A DNA stretch of 11,045 bases from Breznakia sp. PF5-3 (lineage in GTDB: Bacteria > Bacillota_I > Bacilli_A > Erysipelotrichales > Erysipelotrichaceae), in contig NZ_JAQFIQ010000062.1 in the NCBI RefSeq assembly GCF_029504745.1, positions 1 through 11,045 of the forward strand. Reading direction: 5' to 3'. The translations under genes were made by a program, and so were the position numbers. The notes below the pieces were generated by a model. It ran no database searches and was not told the origin of the DNA. It saw nothing but the letters and a program-made list of their open reading frames with translations. Shown piece after piece: positions 1 to 6,005 of this stretch; the stretch's first letter is position 1; the number at the start of each line of letters is the position of its first letter.

Positions 1-43
1 CTTTGTATAATTGTATCTTCTGTTCTCTTAGTAACTTCGACAT
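1..43 (-). CDS. Possible 5' end of an unidentified gene running off the left edge (MSKLLREQKIQLYK...)
   Basis: ATG at 43..41 lies downstream of AAAGGAGGTG (GGAGG at 59..55). The frame stays open for 14 codons to the window edge. The SD-to-ATG spacing of 11 nt is long, and the SD-like motif is also part of a terminator stem, so this call is weak. Confidence 0.3.
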   Translation of the reverse strand, partial: MSKLLREQKIQLYK

Positions 44-90
44 ATAAAAATGCACCTCCTTTTATTTGGGTGTCCAAATAACGGGGTGCA
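44..90 (-). terminator. Rho-independent terminator after the VOC-tfoX unit
   Basis: Minus-strand RNA is TGCACCCC-G-TTATTTGG-ACAC-CCAAATAA-AA-GG-A-GGTGCA. The inner stem has 8 bp (81..74 with 69..62) and the outer stem has 8 bp (90..83 with 59..51, A57 bulged). It is followed by TTTTTAT (50..44). Confidence 0.7.
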
Positions 91-154
91 CTTCATTTTG
101 TGACTGCTTTTTCTATAAATCAAAAAATCTCTAACTTTCATTGAAGCTATATAA

Positions 155-478
155 TTAACTTTTTTTGCGTTTTGGTTTTGGCTCAGGTAATTCCTTATAT
201 GTTGCCATAACAATTTCACTTAACTTCTGATGATTTTCTATATTCTCAATTAAGAAATGTGGTTTTGCCCCTTGATATGGTATTTCTTCAATTACTTCAT
301 CAAGCAATGCCTCTGCTTTTTTAGTCTTTTTTAAAAACAATTGATCATCACAGATTAAACCAATATATTTTTTATCGCAATAAACACCATATTCACCAAA
401 CATTCGTTTATATTCTATTACTCCAGCATCTGCCATTTGTTCACAAACATATTCAACAAACTCTAACTTTGAACTCAT
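155..478 (-). CDS. TfoX/Sxy N-terminal-domain-only protein (107 aa)
   Basis: Intact ORF. The pattern 'LEFVEYVCEQM...EYKRMFGEYGVYCDKKYIGLICDDQLFLK' is typical of stand-alone TfoX_N proteins. The start ATG overlaps the upstream VOC stop codon (ATGA at 475..478). Confidence 0.8.
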   Translation of the reverse strand: MSSKLEFVEYVCEQMADAGVIEYKRMFGEYGVYCDKKYIGLICDDQLFLKKTKKAEALLDEVIEEIPYQGAKPHFLIENIENHQKLSEIVMATYKELPEPKPKRKKS

Positions 479-834
479 ACATCCTCCAATATCATAATGT
501 GATTTCCATCTGGATCATCAAGACGAAGTTCTCTTCCTCCCCAAGACATAAGTTCTGGTTTTGCTAATGATACACCTTTGGCAACCAATTCAGCATAGGT
601 TTCATCTAAACCATCACTCATAAAGACAAATGTTGGATGCCCCTCATAGGCACCCCATTTTGCTTCATCCCAGATACAGATTGTTGTTACATCTTTTCCA
701 AATCCTAAAGTTGCTCCATCATAATTTCCATATCCTTCAAAAACAATTGGTAAGCCTAACGTCTCATGGTAAAACATTACCAATCCTTTGGTATCCAATG
801 TTGAAATGTTTATGCATTGTAATTTTTTAATCAT
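475..834 (-). CDS. VOC (glyoxalase/bleomycin-resistance/dioxygenase) family protein, 119 aa
   Basis: Intact ORF with SD GGAGGAAATTAT before the ATG. It is a small single-domain VOC pattern ending in WGGRELRLDDPDGNHIMILE. It is a paralog of 1746..2099. Confidence 0.85.
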   Translation of the reverse strand: MIKKLQCINISTLDTKGLVMFYHETLGLPIVFEGYGNYDGATLGFGKDVTTICIWDEAKWGAYEGHPTFVFMSDGLDETYAELVAKGVSLAKPELMSWGGRELRLDDPDGNHIMILEDV

Positions 835-897
835 ATAATTTCCTCCATGTTTTCATCATATCGTGAAATTTTTTATTTGTATTGTAAAAAATGGACA

Positions 898-1704
898 TCA
901 TTCTTTAAATTTATAAAGTTCATTATAAAACTCTTGCTCATTAGAAAGATACGTTGTTGGATTCACTCCACATATTTCTTTAAATATCTTATTATAATGT
1001 GCATGATCATACATACCAAAATCATCAAGATTAAGATTTTTACCATCCTTTTGCATTTTTTGAAGCATATAATTTATTCTTGATATTTTAAGATATTGTT
1101 TTGCACTCATTCCAATAAAAGTATTGCATAATCGATACAATTGTCGCTCACTAATCGATAATCTTTCACTCATTTTTTTAACTGTAATGTTCCCATGATG
1201 TTCATTAGCAATTTCAATAAACTTCTTACAAGTCATATTTTGATCTTGGCTTTTCATAAGTACTATCAAATACTGTTCTAATGGTTCTAAAATTGCTTCT
1301 ATATCCTTACTTTGCATTGGTAGGGTTTGTAGAAAATGATGCAATGTTACATCAACTTGTTCTACCTTTAATTCCTTATCTAATAGTTCATGCATATCTT
1401 GATAAAGTAAATGATAAAGTCCTTGTGGTAAAAACTCAACAAAAAAACGTCGTTCTACCAACTCAACATCAAAAGGCACTTCTACAACTTTTGTCGTAGC
1501 TCCCCAAAGATACCATGCTTGCTTATCATCTTTATCCATGTAAATCAAACAACCACTCGCATCTGGAATTAAGGTTAACGTTTCAATATCCGTATTATTC
1601 ACTGTTTTATCTACAAGTGTATAATGGGCAATATAAGGTTTTAGTGCTTCGCATGGTTCAATGATTAATGCTGTATTCATTCTTGTAGTTTTATGTTTTT
1701 CCAT
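898..1704 (-). CDS. AraC family transcriptional regulator (268 aa), with a non-cupin N-terminal sensor-like domain
   Basis: The C-terminal double helix-turn-helix is AraC-type ('ITVKKMSERLSISERQLYRLCNTFIGMSAKQYLKISRINYMLQKM ... FGMYDHAHYNKIFKEICGVNPTTY'). The start is uncertain (ATG 1704 or ATG 1680), and neither has a Shine-Dalgarno. Confidence 0.85.
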   Translation of the reverse strand: MEKHKTTRMNTALIIEPCEALKPYIAHYTLVDKTVNNTDIETLTLIPDASGCLIYMDKDDKQAWYLWGATTKVVEVPFDVELVERRFFVEFLPQGLYHLLYQDMHELLDKELKVEQVDVTLHHFLQTLPMQSKDIEAILEPLEQYLIVLMKSQDQNMTCKKFIEIANEHHGNITVKKMSERLSISERQLYRLCNTFIGMSAKQYLKISRINYMLQKMQKDGKNLNLDDFGMYDHAHYNKIFKEICGVNPTTYLSNEQEFYNELYKFKE

Positions 1705-1717
1705 AATCTTATTATAT

Positions 1718-1743
1718 AAGAAAACTGTAGCAAAGCTACAGTC
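1718..1743 (-). terminator. Rho-independent terminator after VOC paralog 2
   Basis: Minus strand reads ACTGTAGC-TTT-GCTACAGT followed by TTTTCTTA, starting 3 nt after the stop codon at 1746..1748. Confidence 0.6.
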
Positions 1744-1745
1744 TT

Positions 1746-2099
1746 TTATTCCAATATTATAATATGATTTCCATCAGGATCATCAAAATTAAGTTCACGA
1801 CCTCCCCAACTTTTATCAACTGGTGGTTCAATAGGATATCCTTTGGCTATTATTTCTTTATAAGTAGTCTGTAAATCATCGCAACAAAATACTAGCGTTG
1901 CATATCCATCTGACTTTCCCCAAGTGTGTTCATTCCAAATACAAATGGTAGGCGCCTTCTTGATGAATCCTAAATTCGTACCATCATTGTTACCAAATCC
2001 AGCAAACAAAATAGGAATACCAAGGATTTCATGGTAAAATTTCACCAACGCTTTTGGGTCTTTACTCATTACATTAACACATACGAATTCACTAATCAT
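1746..2099 (-). CDS. VOC (glyoxalase/bleomycin-resistance/dioxygenase) family protein, 117 aa
   Basis: Intact ORF with SD CAGGAGAACACC before the ATG. About half of the residues are identical by eye to 475..834, including ICIW, WGGREL and DDPDGNHI.ILE. Confidence 0.85.
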   Translation of the reverse strand: MISEFVCVNVMSKDPKALVKFYHEILGIPILFAGFGNNDGTNLGFIKKAPTICIWNEHTWGKSDGYATLVFCCDDLQTTYKEIIAKGYPIEPPVDKSWGGRELNFDDPDGNHIIILE

Positions 2100-2195
2100 G
2101 GTGTTCTCCTGTAAGTTCGTTATAATATGCGATGAATCGTTATACCCTTTCTTCCAATATAATTATAGTATATAAGTAATTATTTTTACACTGAT

Positions 2196-3140
2196 TTACC
2201 CAGCTTTTAAAACAATACTTAAGATGTCCATACTTTCCTTTTCGCCTAGGATAGGGCTTTCAAAAAGCCCTTGTTTAATGCAGTTAATCGCATGTTCAAT
2301 CTCACCTTTAAAATCACTAACCTTATCTACCTCGATAACCTCTTTGGTTTGATCATTATAGGTGATTTCAGCGATATTGTTTTTCCAAAAATGTTTGGTC
2401 TTTATATACCCTTTTGTACCATAGATAAACCCATTATTTTCACTAAGTGATATCCAACTTGAGCAAAAGGTTGCAATCACACCATTTGTATACGTAACAA
2501 GTCCTTTCGCATAAATATCACAACCGGTTTCTCCATAAACCTTTTCAACATGCACATCCTTAATATCTGCTGCTGCAAAATAATTTAAATAACAAATTGG
2601 ATATACACCAATATCAAACGCACAACCACCAAATTCTTTACTATATACCCAGTGCGAATGATCTGGGTTATCCACATACATCGTACTACTATAAGTACCA
2701 TCAATGGATACAATATCACCTATCTTACCAGCTTTAATAAGCTGCATTATTTTTTGATTCAAAGGAGTAAAAATTGTCTTTTCGGCTTCCATCAAGAACA
2801 CTTGTTTTTCTCTAGCCTTCGCAAACAATGCTTTTACTTCTGCTTTTGTAGCTACCATTGGCTTCTCACATAACACATGTTTTCCATGATCTATACAAAG
2901 CATAATCTGTTCATAATGAAAACGATTCACCGTTGCAATATAAATAAGATCAACCGCTTTATCTTCTACAAGTGATTGATAATCCCCATATGCTTTCTGT
3001 GCACCATATTTTTCTTGATAACGTTTTGCTTTTCCAATATCTCTAGCTGCTACAGCATAAAGCTGTGCATCATCTGCTTCTAAAATACCTTGAATAATAC
3101 GATCTGCGATATTACCCAATCCAAGTACTGCTACGTTCAT
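2196..3140 (-). CDS. Gfo/Idh/MocA family NAD(P)-dependent oxidoreductase (314 aa)
   Basis: N-terminal Rossmann motif 'VAVLGLGNIADR' and the family EKP motif 'HVLCEKPMV'. SD TAGGAGGAACAT precedes the ATG. Confidence 0.85.
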   Translation of the reverse strand: MNVAVLGLGNIADRIIQGILEADDAQLYAVAARDIGKAKRYQEKYGAQKAYGDYQSLVEDKAVDLIYIATVNRFHYEQIMLCIDHGKHVLCEKPMVATKAEVKALFAKAREKQVFLMEAEKTIFTPLNQKIMQLIKAGKIGDIVSIDGTYSSTMYVDNPDHSHWVYSKEFGGCAFDIGVYPICYLNYFAAADIKDVHVEKVYGETGCDIYAKGLVTYTNGVIATFCSSWISLSENNGFIYGTKGYIKTKHFWKNNIAEITYNDQTKEVIEVDKVSDFKGEIEHAINCIKQGLFESPILGEKESMDILSIVLKAG

Positions 3141-3156
3141 ATGTTCCTCCTATAAT

Positions 3157-3176
3157 GAAAAAAGCCCTCATGGGCT
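3157..3176 (-). terminator. Short, probably leaky, intrinsic terminator between the micro-ORF and the oxidoreductase
   Basis: Minus strand reads AGCCC-ATGA-GGGCT followed by TTTTTC. The stem is only 5 bp, though GC-rich. Confidence 0.45.
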
Positions 3177-3178
3177 GA

Positions 3179-3307
3179 TTATTCTTTATTCTTTCTTTTA
3201 CGTACAAAATATAAAATTAAAAGAATGACTACAACAACCGCTGCAGCTGCAAAAATTATTAAATACATGTCACGATTCGTAGTATCTCCTGCAATTAATA
3301 AATCCAT
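3179..3307 (-). CDS. Small single-pass membrane protein, 42 aa, absent from the supplied ORF track (MDLLIAGDTTNRDMYLIIFAAAAVVVVILLILYFVRKRKNKE)
   Basis: Translated by hand. A strong SD (AAAGGAGG, 3320..3313) sits 5 nt before the ATG at 3307 and overlaps the HD gene stop codon. The protein has a ~21-residue hydrophobic helix followed by an RKRKNKE tail. A terminator hairpin follows the TAA directly. Confidence 0.6.
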   Translation of the reverse strand: MDLLIAGDTTNRDMYLIIFAAAAVVVVILLILYFVRKRKNKE

Positions 3308-3318
3308 ATTGACCTCCT

Positions 3319-4533
3319 TTATATTAGTTTTGGAAAAAAGATTTTACACTCTTTTTTCGTATCCCCTTTTACTAAGGATTGCACAATTACACTCTTTGTC
3401 GAAAGTTCTGCAATCTTTTTATCATCACCTAGTACCCAGATTACATGCCCGCGTTTTTCACCATATGGTTGATATGGACTCTGTGATGTTGTATCCATTA
3501 TACAATAATATGATAAATCATATCCACTTTTTTTGACTTCTTCTTGAATTCGTTGTTCATCTTCTGGTTTATGTACATCTTCATATTCAAACAATTTACG
3601 ATTCAATAAACGATTCGCTAAATCTGCCGCAATTTGATCATCAATTTTCGTCAATTGACTAATTCCATAAAGTGCCGCATTTTCATCTAAATAGAAATGA
3701 TCATATATAGTTGGTTCTCCATCCAAAAAAGGTAAAAACATCGTTAAATGTTTAATCTTATCAAAATCATTATGATATAAATAACGCATCCGTTCAAAAA
3801 TCTTTTGTAGTACAATCTCATAACTTCTACATACTGGATGATAGTATACCTGCCAATACATGTGGTAACGTGCCATAATATAATCTTCTACACTATGGAT
3901 ACCACTCTCTTTCACCAGTAATTTTCCATCTTTTACTCGAATCGTACGCAAAATCCGCTCAAGATCAAACGCCCCATAACTTGTACCCGTAAAATATGCA
4001 TCACGCAATAAATAATCCATTCGATCTGCATCCAATTGTCCTGATACAATCTGATTTAATAACTCATTTGGATATGTATAACGAATAATTCCAGCAATAA
4101 TTTCAGGAAGGTTTTCATCAACCTTCGCCAATACATCATGAATCTCACTATTACCTAAAATAATCCGTGATGAGAATGTCTCATGAGAAATATCACAAAT
4201 GCTTTCAAATGCATGGGAAAAAGGAAAATGTCCAATATCATGTAGAAGTCCAGCAATCATTACATATACTTTTTCTTTTTCATCTAAGGTTTCGCGAAGA
4301 TCTTTCACTTCACTAACCATACGTCGCACTACTTCATAAACCCCTAAAGAGTGGGAAAAACGTGAATGCTCTGCTGTATGGTATACTTGGAAGTCTCCAC
4401 CAAGTTGATGAATCCTTCTTAAACGTTGAAATTCTTTGGTATCGATTAAATCCCAGATAATCTTCAAATCAATATGAATATATCCATGAATTACATCTCT
4501 CATTACCTTTGGTTCTTCCGTTTTTGTAAGCAT
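3319..4533 (-). CDS. HD-domain phosphohydrolase of the SAMHD1/YwfO/EF1143 type (putative dNTP triphosphohydrolase), 404 aa
   Basis: Motifs 'HSRFSHSLGVY', 'LLHDIGHFPFSH' and 'DADRMDYLLRDAYFTG' match the H...HD...D signature of this family. SD AAGGAGTG lies 7 nt before the ATG. Confidence 0.85.
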   Translation of the reverse strand: MLTKTEEPKVMRDVIHGYIHIDLKIIWDLIDTKEFQRLRRIHQLGGDFQVYHTAEHSRFSHSLGVYEVVRRMVSEVKDLRETLDEKEKVYVMIAGLLHDIGHFPFSHAFESICDISHETFSSRIILGNSEIHDVLAKVDENLPEIIAGIIRYTYPNELLNQIVSGQLDADRMDYLLRDAYFTGTSYGAFDLERILRTIRVKDGKLLVKESGIHSVEDYIMARYHMYWQVYYHPVCRSYEIVLQKIFERMRYLYHNDFDKIKHLTMFLPFLDGEPTIYDHFYLDENAALYGISQLTKIDDQIAADLANRLLNRKLFEYEDVHKPEDEQRIQEEVKKSGYDLSYYCIMDTTSQSPYQPYGEKRGHVIWVLGDDKKIAELSTKSVIVQSLVKGDTKKECKIFFPKLI

Positions 4534-4556
4534 TTCATCACTCCTTGTCCACTTTT

Positions 4557-4586
4557 AGTATATCATGAAATATCCTTCTATGTTAT
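4557..4586 (-). promoter_or_regulatory. Candidate sigmaA promoter for the HD gene
   Basis: Minus strand has ATAACA (4586..4581), an 18-nt spacer, then the extended -10 TGATATACT (4565..4557). Motif match by eye only. Confidence 0.35.
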
Positions 4587-4589
4587 AGT
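4581..4589 (+). promoter_or_regulatory. Candidate extended -10 promoter for the plus-strand oxidoreductase
   Basis: TGTTATAGT (TGn + TATAGT) lies about 25 nt upstream of the ATG at 4614. The -35 is poor (TATCAT). Motif match by eye only. Confidence 0.3.
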
Positions 4590-4613
4590 ATATATGGAAA
4601 TGAGGTGTCTAAT

Positions 4614-5627
4614 ATGAGAGTTGGAACAATCGGAACAGGTACAATTGTAAACCGTTTTATTCAAGCGATGAAGATGGTTGATAATGTAACTTTAGAAGCT
4701 GTATATTCAAGAAGTGAAGCGAAAGCAAAAGCCTTTGCTCAAGAGCATAATGTGGAAAAATGTTATAGTGATTTAGATGCAATGTTGGAAGATCCAAATA
4801 TTGATACTATTTATATTGCATCCCCAAATAGTTTACATTTCCCACAAGCACTCAAAGCCTTAGAAGCTGGAAAACATGTTATTGATGAAAAACCATTTAC
4901 TTCTACTTTAGAAGAATGTGATATTCTTATTAATAAAGCAAAAGAAAAAAAGCTTTTCCTATTTGAAGCTATCACAACAATTCATCTACCAAACTATAAA
5001 ATAATTAAAGATGCATTACCAAAATTAGGTGATATTCATTTATTGACAGCAAACTTTTCACAGTTTTCTTCACGTTATGGAAAGTATAAAAACCATGAAC
5101 AAACAAATGCATTCGATCCTAAGTTTTCAGGCGGTGCTTTAATGGATATTAATATTTATAATCTTCATTTTGCAATTGGTCTATTTGGAAAACCTAACAC
5201 ATATACATATTATCCAAACATTGGATACAATGGTATTGACACCAGTGGCGTTATGATTTTACGTTATGATACATTTACTGCTACTCTCATTGGCGCAAAA
5301 GATTCATCAAGTGAATACTTATGTTTTGTCCAAGGAGACAAATCTAGCATTAAAGTCAGTGGTTCTTCTACTGGTGGTTGTAAAGATGTTACACTGGTTC
5401 CATTAAAAGGAGACCAGATTGATGTAACCAACCCTATTGATCAAAGCCAAAACATCGGTATTGAACAAGTTATGCACATGATGTATGAAGTAGAAGCCTT
5501 CGAAACTATCATTCGTAGTGAAAATTATGATGAATGTTATCGATTATTAGATCATACAAGAAATGTAATGGATGTAATGTACCACGCTCGTAAAGATGCT
5601 GGTATTATCTTTGCAGCAGATAAATAA
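4614..5627 (+). CDS. Gfo/Idh/MocA family NAD(P)-dependent oxidoreductase (337 aa from ATG 4614)
   Basis: 'RVGTIGTGTIVNR' Rossmann motif and 'HVIDEKPFT' EKP motif. The track starts at GTG 4605, but that GTG is part of the SD GAGGTG (4602..4607), which sits 6 nt before ATG 4614. Confidence 0.85.
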   Translation: MRVGTIGTGTIVNRFIQAMKMVDNVTLEAVYSRSEAKAKAFAQEHNVEKCYSDLDAMLEDPNIDTIYIASPNSLHFPQALKALEAGKHVIDEKPFTSTLEECDILINKAKEKKLFLFEAITTIHLPNYKIIKDALPKLGDIHLLTANFSQFSSRYGKYKNHEQTNAFDPKFSGGALMDINIYNLHFAIGLFGKPNTYTYYPNIGYNGIDTSGVMILRYDTFTATLIGAKDSSSEYLCFVQGDKSSIKVSGSSTGGCKDVTLVPLKGDQIDVTNPIDQSQNIGIEQVMHMMYEVEAFETIIRSENYDECYRLLDHTRNVMDVMYHARKDAGIIFAADK

Positions 5628-5660
5628 CACTGGAAATTCCCAGTGTTATTTTTTTATTTT
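5626..5660. terminator. Terminator between convergent genes, strong on the plus strand and weaker on the minus strand
   Basis: AACACTGG (5626..5633), loop AAATTC, CCAGTGTT (5640..5647), then ATTTTTTTATTTT on the plus strand. The stem overlaps both stop codons (5625..5627 plus, 5646..5648 minus). Confidence 0.75.
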
Positions 5661-5876
5661 GGCAGGCTCATCTACTTGGATACGCCCATCATATTTACTA
5701 AGATCAAGTACAACAATAAGTCCATCTTCATTCTCTTCAACATTTGCTATTTGTGAATCATCACTTTGATTTACCAAGCACTTCATGCACTCTTCACCAC
5801 TTGGGGTTTCATTACTTGTACTCATTACAATTGCCGTAAGCAATAAAAGTAAGGTAATTGATTTTTGATATTGCAT
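5646..5876 (-). CDS. Small secreted or exported hypothetical protein, 76 aa
   Basis: SD AAGGAG lies 7 nt before the ATG. The N-terminus 'MQYQKSITLLLLLTAIVMSTS' resembles a signal peptide, and the mature part is acidic with a CxxC-like 'CMKC'. I recognise no family. Confidence 0.6.
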   Translation of the reverse strand: MQYQKSITLLLLLTAIVMSTSNETPSGEECMKCLVNQSDDSQIANVEENEDGLIVVLDLSKYDGRIQVDEPAKIKK

Positions 5877-5960
5877 TTTCTTTCTCCTTCATCCTTCTCT
5901 ACTATATATACGTTTGATAAAGCTAAAAAGTCCCACACAAATAAAAACCTATTCTACCAG

Positions 5961-5999
5961 TAAAAAAGGATTACTTCCTGCAAGGCAGGAAATAATCCT
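5961..5999 (-). terminator. Strong rho-independent terminator ending the ispF-to-lipoprotein unit
   Basis: Minus strand reads AGGATTATTTCCTGC-CTT-GCAGGAAGTAATCCT, a 15-position stem with one mismatch, followed by TTTTTTA. It starts 7 nt after the lipoprotein stop codon. Confidence 0.85.
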
Positions 6000-6005
6000 T
6001 ATCTT

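Noticed and set aside
44-90. preQ1-type or other small riboswitch in the hairpin plus A-rich plus AGGAGG region
   Set aside because: The loop is only ACAC, and the conserved preQ1-I loop and tail nucleotides are absent. A plain intrinsic terminator explains the structure.
28-219. 63-aa minus-strand ORF from the track
   Set aside because: It overlaps the 3' end of the well-supported tfoX-N gene in another frame and runs through the terminator hairpin. It has no SD and a low-complexity product, so it is spurious.
155-478. TfoX protein as a competence master regulator
   Set aside because: Only the N-terminal TfoX domain is present (107 aa), with no C-terminal domain and no competence genes nearby.
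4605-4613. GTG 4605 as the start of the plus-strand oxidoreductase
   Set aside because: The GTG is part of the GAGGTG Shine-Dalgarno that is correctly spaced for ATG 4614.
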